NCBI GenBank assembly: GCA_030295235.1
Contig: AP026136.1
Span: 620,001-684,000, forward strand
Reading direction: 5' to 3'
Origin: Fistulifera solaris
Taxonomy: Eukaryota
DNA length: 64,000 nt
The position numbers and the translations under genes were made by a program. The notes beneath the pieces were generated by a model. That model was not told where the DNA came from. It saw only the letters and a program-made list of their open reading frames with translations, and made no database searches. Positions 53,762 through 64,000 of this stretch are shown here, piece by piece; position 1 is the first letter of the stretch; the number at the start of each line of letters is the position of its first letter.

Positions 53762-55638
53762 CTAATTCGTTGGATCAGTATCTAGTTCGTTTCCTGTTAA
53801 ACTGCAATATTCACGGCAATAGGAAGGAAGATTTCTCTGCAGTCGATCACGATTGATGTGGGCCTCACTGGACATATCTATGGAAGCAAGGGAACCATTG
53901 GGACAGTCGAGCTCTAATTTCAGAGCGCCGTCCGCGGTAACAAGCTCAGCCGTGACCCGCCCACAATCATCACAATACCACCACTTCGTATCATCGCTTC
54001 CCCACGGAGGAAAAGGGACGCAAGAAAGCCAGGTACAACTGGGACACGGTGTAGTCGGTTCGCCACCCCCACTTTGGAGAAGTATAATGAGAATTATAAC
54101 AAACAAAGCCACCGTAAGAATCAATCCGCAAAATTTTATAACAAAATGCTTTGTGCGCGTCAACAAGCTTTCCTCCATGCCAAAGAAATCCGCAGAGAGA
54201 CGCTGAATCGTGGAAATTCCACACATGAAGCCAAAGACCATGCCGCCAAGATCTGATCAAATTTCGTTAGAACAGGAAGACTAATGAAGTGATAGGCAAG
54301 GATGGGTCCTTAGCAGACTTACGTGTGAAATTGTCAACGAACGGTGTCAAGCCAATAATGCAATTCAGCACAATATCAAAGAGTAGGGCGATAACAACCA
54401 TAACGTGATGATGCTTTTTCCCATTCTCAGTGACAAAATCACAAAACAACAGTTTCCAATTCATGATTATGTCAGCAATGCACGCTCCGATGAAACCGAA
54501 TATGCCTCCTGATGCTCCAACGGTGATAAATTCAGGTAAGAAAATTGCACTCAAAATTGTTCCACCAACCGCGGATAGCATGAAGATGATCATAGCGGCA
54601 AACCAACCGTGCGTCGACTCAATTGCGGCTCCAACGAACCACAGAGCCATCATATTGATGAAGTAATGAACCAAACCAGCATGAAGTATTGTCGATGAAA
54701 GTAAGCGCCAACCCTCGTCGTGGTTGACAATCAGGTCAGTGTCTTTTGCGCCCATTTTAATGAGCGTTGCTGCACTCGGACCAATCATTGGGTTCGCAGA
54801 TAAATTCTCTACTTCCCAACCATTCACTCCGATTGAAGCAATCATCAGCATTGTGCATACAAATAGAAGCGTATAGGTGAACCACGGGCGATTCGCGCTT
54901 CCTTTCTTGCTCTCTTCAAAGTCGGCCCATGAAAGATAAGGGTCGCCATTTGCACGTCTCACAGCAGCATTTTCCGCCCATTCCACGTCGATACGAATAG
55001 ATGAAAGGTGGTCGTAAAGACCCAAAATTCCGAATGGTCTTTCGTCACCGTATTTCTTACGTCGCTTTTCTTGTGCAAATTGAAAGTCTCTGATTCGTCG
55101 CGCTAATGTCGGAGCAATAAAATCGGCAGCTCCCCAACCAGCAGATAATGTTCCTGCTAGCAAACGCAGTTGATCGATGTCTTCTTGTTTGTGTTCTATC
55201 TGAGGGTGGATATCACAGGGCTCAAGGAACTCTGGATTTCGTTCGAACTCCTCTTCATCACTGAAGTACTCATCCACGAAAGAGTAATCCTCGCTATCCC
55301 TCTCAAAGCTCATGAACCTGCGACGTTAAAAGGGGTTAGCTATGACATGATGATCAAACCAATCTAGTTATTATCAATTTCCTTTGAGCTCACCTCTTAT
55401 CTTGTTCCGATGCGTCAGTGCAGGCTCTCTCTTCGCGAGACTCGCAAGACTCGTCAGGGACTGTCCGCTGCGATTCAGGAAGTTGACCATTTGCTGAGAA
55501 GAATTGTTGAAATTGATCTTCCGAATGACGACTTCTCTTCGGCGACAAGGTGAATGCTGACGACATTTCATGTAGTTGTTCCATTCCCCGGAGTCTGGGT
55601 TGTCTCTCCATGTCTTTAAAACTTCTTTCCATGGTCAT
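53762..55638 (-). CDS. Rhomboid intramembrane serine protease with Cys-rich C-terminal extension
   Basis: NPMIGPS, EGWRL, LHAGLVH, VGASGGIFG (catalytic Ser) and DNFT|HLGG (catalytic His across the intron at about 54253-54321). Further intron at about 55318-55393. Confidence 0.92.
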
Positions 55639-56255
55639 TTCCTCCTTTTTCTGATATGTTATGAACTTGTGTGTCGGAAAATTGTTCTTGTTGAAGCATC
55701 AAAAACGTGGTTACTAATTTTGAAGCCTCTGCCCGCTCGCACGATCAATAAAACGTCTTTCCTCAATTCACGAAACGACTTTGCAGCAATGAATATTTTA
55801 CCATAGCTTTAAAATCACCTTCGTGACGCCCGTCAGGTTTTCTAGTACACATTAATTCATACCATCCGTACACAGTGTGCCTCCGCTTTAAGAACAAAAC
55901 TGCTTGCTGCTCAATTCAGACGACGTGCGACGGACAGTCATTCACGGAGTTATTGCTATCGCGTTGTGACAATCGTGCAAATGCAAAGTACGGAGTACTT
56001 GTAGTCTATTGAACTGGTGTGTCAATTGTGACCAGTGTCCTAAGCAAGTAGGCCAAATACGTAGAATTCTACGTGGTCAACCCTTATCACAAATGCACCA
56101 CCTCATCATTGAGCCTTGACTTTCTGACACCTTCCTTCTGCACACGTAGAGTTTGTACAGGAGCCTACGGCGCAACAATATGTTCTGTAGGCCCAGCCGA
56201 AACGCATCACTGATCACAACTCTTCTTCATTATCTATTATCTCTCATCTAGCAAC

Positions 56256-56656
56256 ATGAAATCGACTTTCGGTGGTATCTTGCTTGCCCTCCTTATCGGA
56301 GCGGCCGTTGCGTTCATTCGTCCGGCTCAGCCTTTCCAGGTTGAGAACACTGTGCCTCCTAGCGTTCTTTCCTTCAAGGTCGGTGACGAACTCGACAACG
56401 CCAACATTGCTTCAGACAACAATATTCACCCCGCTCGCAAGTGTAAGTAACTGAAGATGTGCAATCGCCTTCGTTTCTAGTTCTCTTATCCTACTTTCTT
56501 TCCGCTACTTGCTCCTCATTCAGGCGGTTTCTGTATGGGAGTAAGTGTTTTCTTGTCAGACCTGGTAAAAGAAAATCCTCATCCTCAGCTTACGTTTCAC
56601 CTTCCTTCTTGCCACAGTGAGCCGGGCAGACGAACTGTCCTGTCAGCGGCCTCTAG
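56256..56656 (+). CDS. Candidate 80-aa selenoprotein (UGA = Sec69), signal/plastid-targeted, C-x2-C-x2-U-x5-CP motif
   Basis: Exons 56256-56442, 56524-56540 and 56618-56656, with GTAAGT..CAG introns. Spliced product ends ...NIHPARKCGFCMG-U-AGQTNCPVSGL*. A SECIS-like hairpin lies 200 nt downstream of the UGA. Confidence 0.75.
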
Positions 56657-56817
56657 GCCACGACAAGCGTTCGTCGTGCAAGGAGCTTGATGATAACAGG
56701 TTCGTAAGAAATCGACTCGAACATCAAGAGTGACTTCTTGAGGAACGACAGCAATTGTTGCCATTAAGCCTACAGAGACCGCGAGAGGATCGATGTTGGT
56801 CGATTTGAATGGGTGCT

Positions 56818-56887
56818 GCTTCCGGCGGAATGACGAATCATTACTCTTAAAATCAATGGGGAATAGATTCTGATAAGGCTTGGAAGT
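56818..56887 (+). promoter_or_regulatory. SECIS element (eukaryotic type I-like) in the 3' UTR
   Basis: Helix I GCUUCCGGC/GCUUGGAAGU, core AUGAC (56830-56834)/UGAU (56871-56874), helix II GAAUCAUUACUCU/GGGGAAUAGAUUC (about 12 bp with two bulges), apical loop containing AAAA (56849-56852). Confidence 0.75.
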
Positions 56888-57080
56888 TTCTCATTTTTGA
56901 GTCCAACTGAAATTCTTTCAAAACCAGGCTATCATATTTGATTGATATTCAAGTTTGTGTGTAGGAAATTTAAATTAAATATGATATCGCTTTCAATTAC
57001 GACTGAGGCCTAAAAGATCATGATGAAAACAAGCGGCGGATCTCCGAGAAATCCATCCAAATCAGTTCGAAGAGTGAAGA

Positions 57081-59376
57081 TTAATGGACGGCATCGTCTT
57101 CCAGCTTGTGGTCGACAGGAGTGTAGCCTTTCAGGTTGGTGGCGAGATCGTATTCAACTAAGGTACCAATCATTTTAGCGAGCGGTTTCAGCTGCTTTTC
57201 GTAGCGCTTCCATGATTTCATACCGTCCTTGTATAGTCCTTTACGCACTTGGGTGGTGGAGAGTGTGTTTACGGCATGCTTTTTCTTGTGAAAGTCTAGA
57301 ACAGTTTCATTCCAGGGAAGCCCAGCTGCTTCGATAATCTTTTTTGCTACACCTGGCATGTCGTTCACCATATCCTCGTACCGGATGTGTGTCACACGCC
57401 CTGGCAAAACCTTGTCCCAATGCACCATTATTTCTCGGTATGCGCGATACAATTCGGCAAGGCTTTCGAAATCACAGGTATAGTCTAGTGTCCCGGAAGG
57501 AAACTCATGCTTGTAGGCAGAAAAAAGAGTATCCATCGGCTCACGGACCACGTGAAGAATAAGAGCATGAGGATAGAGCATCTGAATGAATCCGATGTCT
57601 GAGCATCATGCGAAAAAGAGAGAGAAGAGAAGTTAGACGACAGTATAACAATCAAGAAGCGATCGTGTTGTGTACGCACTGTTGTAGTTGGTCAACATCT
57701 TATCGACAAGACGGGCAGGTTCATGTTCAACTTCTTCGACTCCATTCGCTTCTTTTAGAGCTTCCCACCTCTCCTTCATTTCGAGCACTACTTTAGCCGC
57801 TAGGTCTCGCGTTACATCGCCCAAGATTTCAGGAGATTCCATACTAACACGTACAATTTCATTCCGAATTTCAGGGAGACGACCATTGAATACCGAGTTC
57901 TCTCCCGTCCCAACAATTTGTGGATGTGAATCCAAGACACGTTCCAACAACGTCGAACCACTTCTTACGAAACCGACAATAAAAATGGGGATTCTTGATT
58001 CACTGCCAACGTAGGAGGGCCAAAACCCGGAGGTAAAGATATTCTTCGTTTGACTGATCCGTGACAGCTCCGAGCCCTTCTGCCAAGGCGGCAATATAGA
58101 CATTTTGTGCTTATAGGCTGTCTTCAAGTGTTCAAAGGCTGCGCTCGCATCCTTAGTTTTTGCGTCGTGGTAAATGAACATAGAATGATGAAGACGGGTC
58201 AGCACAGCCGCGTAAGCAGGCTTGCTATGCGCCGGTGCTGACGCAAATTGCCCCTCAAGTTTAGGTAGCAAGTCCTCCACTGGCTCCACCAGCGTGTCCC
58301 AACCCCCGACAACGGCCTCCTCTTGTGTTTGTAAAATACGCGCGAGTCCTTGATACGAATCTGAAAAGCCAAGCGTATCATCTTCGCGTGTGACTTGTAC
58401 AAGATCGCGAGCAGCATCGCTATATCGACCTAGAATCAATAGAGCTGATCCACGCGAGTTGACTGCGTCGAGGTAACCTGGCTCAATGTCCAAACACGAC
58501 GAGTAGCTCTCCACTGCACGTTCAAACATATTGGCCATAAAAAAAACCTTCCCTTGAGCTGTGTAAATGGCACACAAGAGCCCGTCGATGCTCTTCTCAC
58601 GATTACTAAGTGATATTTCATCTTTAACTGAAGCGACCGACGGGTTGCTGGATTTACTTGTTGACTGGTTTTTCTGCAGCGCTTCTTTCTTGCGCTCCAA
58701 CGCCATTTCAACAATTTTTTCGTACATCTGGATCGTTTTTTTCTCATACGTTCCGCCCTCATGATATCGCAGCTCATAAAAGCGCATGGCATCCGCGAAA
58801 TCCAAAGCAGCAAACAAGTCACCTGAATTGTTCTTATACGCCTCTTCTAGGGAATTGATCTGATCAATAACCATCAATCGCGCATCGTCATCAGCTCCTC
58901 CCTCGCCGACGTGCAGTTCGCTTATCCGCATTCGTTTGTGACTTTGAGTTCGAATTGGCCGACGACGACTCGTGTTCGGAGGGGCGCCGCTGTGGGGCCA
59001 CACTTTCACGATCCATCTCAATACGGCGTCTCCTCGACTGTATGGTGGATAGAACATGTTTATAATCGGTAGGCCAACTGGATGGTGCAGACTCTAGAGG
59101 AATAGGTGCCGGAGGTGGCACTGACAAATCGTCTTGGATCGGGCGACGCTGCCATCCCGCCGGTTTTCTTCGTTCGAACTGGAGAGGCTCATATCCATTC
59201 AACTCGATCGGCTTTACATTCGTATTCACTGTCAGACGACTGAATAGCGAGAACAAAAGAACAGGAATCACTAAGAAGACGAAAAGTGAAACCGTCATTG
59301 ATGGCTCGTCATTGTTGTTATCCCTATCAATCGGCCGTGTGTCCGCTGTCGTCGCTTCTTTCTCTTCTGATCCCAT
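57081..59376 (-). CDS. Type II membrane TPR + sulfotransferase (Sulfotransfer_3 / TPST-like) protein
   Basis: N-terminal TM (VSLFVFLVIPVLLF), TPR helices, PAPS-loop IFIVGFVRSGSTLLERVLDSHP, VDKML, VREPMD and RYEDMV. Frameshift near 58930 and intron at about 57597-57678. Confidence 0.88.
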
Positions 59377-61068
59377 GATCCGTCAATTCTTTTGTTTTTA
59401 TCAAGGAGTCGCTGAGTTAATTCAAGGCTAGATAAGAATACATAAACAGCATGCATTATATAATTGTAAGCAAATGAAGAAGTTGCCTTGACAGGCATAA
59501 TTGCCAAACCTGTCGCTTTTACTGGTAATGGTTTACTACGTACTATTTTCCAACATTTCCACGACTGTATTTTAGTCATGAGTCATTTCAACTAATAATA
59601 TTACGAGTCTATTATAGGTCCTTGTTACGAGTATCACTTTAGTAGCCGGTGGTTCGATAGAGTCGCTTCGCACTACTTCTGCATGTTTTTTTAGCAATGC
59701 TAAACCAAAAACATAAGCATTACTCAAGAGTCCCAAGTACTTTGGTAATGAATGCGAGGATTAATTATCATGTTACGGAATACTTTTTTTTTAAAGATGT
59801 ACAAGTACCCTGGTACCTGGTACCAAGTACAAGTATAGAGTTAACGAGATGTTGTTTCGACCAATCTACTCCGATAAGGCTAAAGATACTATTGAATACA
59901 ATCCCAGTGCCTTACGGTACGGTACCCACCAAGTAAGTTTTCCTTATAGTGGGTGAAGATTGGGATGTCGCAAAGAGATGGATGTCACGAAGAACAAATG
60001 CCGCGTCAGCAAAGCTGACGTTGCTCACTTCTCGTGACAACATTCAATTGGCAGTGTCGCATGGAAAGTAGAAATAATGTCAGATGCGTTTCTTGATTGG
60101 GATCACAATCACAGGTGACAAGCCACTGGTACCGGTACCGGTACGGTACCTGGTAAGCGATGCGTGGGTCTCTCGTTTTTCTTTCTTGTCATAAACGATC
60201 TTCATTCATTTGTATCCAAGCAATAGTCCCAATACTTCCTAAGGAGACTAATATTAATAAAGATCTTGTCAAGTATGAAGATCTATAGTTCACATTCATC
60301 GATAACATCGTTTTTGAAGTTTATGCAACCGAGCAGAGTGTCAGCAAATCTTAGATTTGCTGGTTTTTCTCAATCGGAAAGATGTGCGTCTAGCATTGCT
60401 TTTCAAACCTTTGACCATGACAATCGTTTCAGAGAGTCGGAGACGATAGGCGAACGATTTCATGACTATCGGCAATACGGCTATCATGCAGTCTCAACGC
60501 ATCGTTGCTATGCCACTTCGGCAGCAAAGATACCCGTCGACCCCCAACCTTTACTATCATTGGTAAATACTTCAGTAGGCCATATGCACTATCCTGATGA
60601 ATACTCCTTTATCATGGCGTCACGATGCCCTGTTTCGTCGGAACAGTGTGAAAAAGTTCGTTTAGAGATTTCATCGGATCATCAGAAAGAAATGCCTCCG
60701 GAGATTACGAAAAACTCGGTGGCAAAAGGGCTTTGATACTTGTTTGATGATACACGAATGCTTTACCACTAAAAGCTCTTTTCTTTTTATGCAAGGCTAT
60801 TTCCTATGCAGTCCAGCTACAAAGCGTTAAGTGATAGATAAATACGTATAGACTTTTTAGATTAATCCGTAGAATGGTGAGTAATACATGCTACTACGGA
60901 GTATGTACGTGTACGTATTCCCAAATAAAGTGATGCACCGCCACGAAACGGAAAAGAGAACAACAACGCGAATGAATATCTGAACTATCTCTTGATAAGA
61001 TGACCGACAGTAAAAGGAAAGTGTATGCAGTAAAATTTGTCGCGACACAACATAGCGAGAACTAATGC

Positions 61069-62847
61069 TTAAATTTCGTACATGACCATGTAAGCCGTTC
61101 CTCGAGAGTTTTCCAATGCTTCTGTCGATGATATCAACGATACATAGGAGTCATTAAAGCGGGTCCATCTTCTCTCCTTATCGTCTTCGTACCAGCGATG
61201 CGAGTCAGCAGTGTAATGGCCACAACTTGCGGACGATCCTATATGATTCACCACGCTTCGAATGGAATAGATATCCGCCGACACGTCCGGTTTCACACAG
61301 TCCGTAGCCATAAATTCAGTTAAAACACTAAGATGATCGTGAAGCGACAGCTGTTCCTCAAATAATACAGGCGAACGATTCTTCCGGTATGTGACCGATG
61401 AATAGTCTTCACTGACATCGACGATGAAGCGCTTGAAATGAAGTAATAGAGCACGTGGAAGTCGAACAATCTCTGAAGTTTGTGTCGCACTGGAGCAAAA
61501 ACACTTTTCGCACTTGATTTCGCGCTTTTCTGGTGCGAAAAACCGCCTCAAGCCGTCGTCGACGCTCCCGCTGTCGGGTCCGATTTCCAGCGACAAGTGC
61601 CAAAACTTTTCTTGGTGGGTTCTTGAAAACTTGCAAGAGTCGCAAGTTAAGCGAATGCGCACTTCAGTGGTAAAATACTCTGCCAATGGGGACTCTGGCT
61701 GGAACGGTCCTTCGTTGGACGTTTCCATTGATGAATCGTCCACTTCCGGTGCCGCAAGTGTGGGTTTTTGTTCATCTAGAGGATCATTTCCCTCCGTGTA
61801 TCGAGTCAAGCTCATTTTGGCGGTATTCATTCGACCGCCGATCAGTTTACATCTTGGTTCGGATGCTGTCAGCAGACCGGGGAACGCAACAAGTGGAGAT
61901 GATTGCGCATCTACACAAGAATGAGTTTCGTGCAGCAGCTTACCAATGTCCTCAACACCAAGCTTCGAAAATGAGAACGGCATTTGATCTGTAAAGAATG
62001 TTTTCGACTCTCCAGTTCTTGGCCGCTTGCTCGACGTCGGTGATGTGTCCAATTCTTCCAATTGAGTGCCCAGAGCAGAGCCACCCGAAAGAAATTCCCC
62101 GCGGCTTCTTTCTCGTCGCTCTGATAGCTGTGGAGACGCGTTTTCGGAGCTGCCTTTGTAGTCTTCGTCTAGTAAATCCAGTAAGGTGGTCAAAAATTCG
62201 TGGGCGTCTTGTTGACGAAATCCCACAAACAAAGACGATCTCGAGTCAATGGCAGTCTGAAAATTATGCGGTTGCACAGTTTTTCCTTCTCTTAGTAACC
62301 TCATCAAGTTAAGGAACTCAGTTCGCAGGCCACCCCTATTCTCGTTTACTGTCTGCGATTCAACCTTGCCGTTGTCTAATGTGTCGACAAAATTATCCAG
62401 ACTGGCTAGCATTTGCAACGCCGAAGCCATGTAGCACGTATTTCCAAGGTTATGTAAGCCACCGAAGACGCCATTCGACGGAAGACTTGTACTCCAGTCC
62501 ATTAATTCGGGTGCTTCAAGCTCACTAGACGAAGAAGCAGTGTCGTTCAAAACTTCCTTAATGGCATTGTTCATCGAAATATCGATCAAATTACTAATTG
62601 CTGGCGTTTCAGGATGAGAATCTTGCTCCTTGTTTATCATTTCGTGATCGCAGCATGTAAATTTCCCGCCATCCTCGCTTTGGGATGCCGTAACATTGGC
62701 AATGTCTTCCACACGATCGCCAATTCTTCCTGTTGCGAGCATTCGTCGGTTTTCGTGCTGATTCATGGATGAATCATCATCCCCGGCGTGATTACCATAA
62801 CATGATTTCGATAGCTGGAAATGAGATCGAGGGAGTAGTAGAGTCAT
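61069..62847 (-). CDS. Ubiquitin-specific protease (peptidase C19)
   Basis: GLHNLGNTCYMASALQ, QQDAHEFL, LLHFKRF, NHIGSSASCGHY and FNDSYV. Start uncertain. Confidence 0.93.
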   Translation of the reverse strand: MTLLLPRSHFQLSKSCYGNHAGDDDSSMNQHENRRMLATGRIGDRVEDIANVTASQSEDGGKFTCCDHEMINKEQDSHPETPAISNLIDISMNNAIKEVLNDTASSSSELEAPELMDWSTSLPSNGVFGGLHNLGNTCYMASALQMLASLDNFVDTLDNGKVESQTVNENRGGLRTEFLNLMRLLREGKTVQPHNFQTAIDSRSSLFVGFRQQDAHEFLTTLLDLLDEDYKGSSENASPQLSERRERSRGEFLSGGSALGTQLEELDTSPTSSKRPRTGESKTFFTDQMPFSFSKLGVEDIGKLLHETHSCVDAQSSPLVAFPGLLTASEPRCKLIGGRMNTAKMSLTRYTEGNDPLDEQKPTLAAPEVDDSSMETSNEGPFQPESPLAEYFTTEVRIRLTCDSCKFSRTHQEKFWHLSLEIGPDSGSVDDGLRRFFAPEKREIKCEKCFCSSATQTSEIVRLPRALLLHFKRFIVDVSEDYSSVTYRKNRSPVLFEEQLSLHDHLSVLTEFMATDCVKPDVSADIYSIRSVVNHIGSSASCGHYTADSHRWYEDDKERRWTRFNDSYVSLISSTEALENSRGTAYMVMYEI

Positions 62848-63423
62848 TTTATTACGGACTAAGTGATATTAGAATGGGAATAAAGTGCAATCCTCGTGGG
62901 ATGAATGCAAACGTGGGAGAAGAACGGTGTATTTGTGGTCTTCCATCGACTGTGTGGACATGACGGCTAATTTTTTGCCTTGTCGTGTCCCGACGATGTA
63001 AATCGTCGACAGTTGCAGACCAGAGGGCCAACGGTGAAAGGTAAAAACAGACGAGCCCGCCGGGCCTACAGTTCAAGTTCAATATAGAGTAATGAAAGTC
63101 CTATAGATTAGAAAGAACTCTATTTCTCTTATTGTTCTATAGTGATTAGTTCGTTTTTCTTCTTCATCGTCCACGCAAGACTTAAATGATCAAAAGACGA
63201 CGTACGACGTACGTACGCAAGGGCTAATTCAACACCAATCCCGAATCCCGAATTACAAGCTGAAGACGCACGACGGACGTTGTCATTCTGACAAATGAGT
63301 GACTCGGGTTTTGTTTTGTGTCAAGATTCAGGGCCGACAACCTAACTTTTAGTCATCAAAATTAACAAGAAAAACTCATCTAACTAACTATTGCGCGGGA
63401 AATAGTAAACCGTAAAAGTTAAA

Positions 63424-63959
63424 TTAGAGCTCGTCCTTGAAGAGCTCCTTCTCTTTGTAAGCTCGAACGGAACGAAGTGTAGCTAGTCCCCTCTGTCGTA
63501 CTTGCTTCACTCTATCATCCTTCTCGCCTAGTAGTTTTGTGTAACGCGCTTGCAATTGCGCCACTGAGTCACTGTACTGCTTCTCAATAGCAACTACTTT
63601 GTCTTCCTCTACTTTAATCAAAGCATCAAGTTCCGCGTCGTCCATGGCGAAGAAGGCCTCAATTTTCGCTTTTGTCTCAGCATCACACAAGTCTACATTG
63701 GCAGCATTACACATGGGTTCCGTCAGGTGCGCTTCGGCGAATTTCTCGTACTCAGCAGGTGTGTGTTCTCCGTTAAATGACTTTAAATGAGCGGGATCGC
63801 CCCACATTAAGCTTGGGTAACCTCGAATCCCGTGTTCGTCGCACAAAATTTTACCCGACTTTGTCGTACAGTCGACTTTGCCCACAAAGCCAACCGGATG
63901 GTCTTTCCATTTCTCTGCGAATTCGGCGAATTCGGGTTGCATCTTTTGCAGTGGGGACA
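63424..63959 (-). CDS. ER thioredoxin/PDI-like protein, 3' exon (5' part outside the window)
   Basis: After a CAG acceptor it reads CPHCK(K)MQP with one indel, then GKVDCT..LC..HGIRGYPSL, and ends in KDEL. Confidence 0.88.
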
Positions 63960-64000
63960 CTGGGGTAACAACAGAAAAGCGGATAGCACTGTCAGTTTCA

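Noticed and set aside
59641..59680. GGTTCGA tRNA T-loop-like motif
   Set aside because: The flanking sequence does not form a T-stem or cloverleaf.
60266..60736. 156-aa ORF in the long intergenic region
   Set aside because: Non-ATG start in the track and no recognisable motif. It may be a UTR or spurious.
63424..63960. PDI-like gene as a second selenoprotein
   Set aside because: The active site reads TGT CCC CAC TGC (CPHC) with no UGA, and I see no SECIS-like hairpin downstream.

Overview
Gene-dense eukaryotic nuclear DNA, most likely from a diatom. The evidence is short GT-AG introns, bipartite signal + 'ASAF(AP)'-type plastid presequences and a nuclear cbbX. There are about 30 protein-coding loci. 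Many are broken by single-base indels in homopolymers, which look like assembly errors. Recognisable genes include Sec23, CbbX, two USP deubiquitinases, calpain-7, a SUMO SP-RING ligase, DHAR, MATE, RETICULATA-related, a fatty-acid hydroxylase-family protein, a PUFA elongase, a triose-phosphate translocator, EFSec, a rhomboid, a TPR-sulfotransferase and a PDI-like protein. The standout is a tiny three-exon gene at 56256-56656 that the ORF track truncates. Spliced, it encodes an 80-aa, probably plastid-targeted peptide with an in-frame UGA in a C-x2-C-x2-U-x5-CP motif. A well-formed SECIS-like hairpin follows at 56818-56887, and the gene lies about 4 kb from the selenocysteine elongation factor gene. 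I read it as a candidate novel small selenoprotein. No rRNA, tRNA, CRISPR array or autonomous transposon was seen. All calls come from motif recognition by eye, not from database searches.
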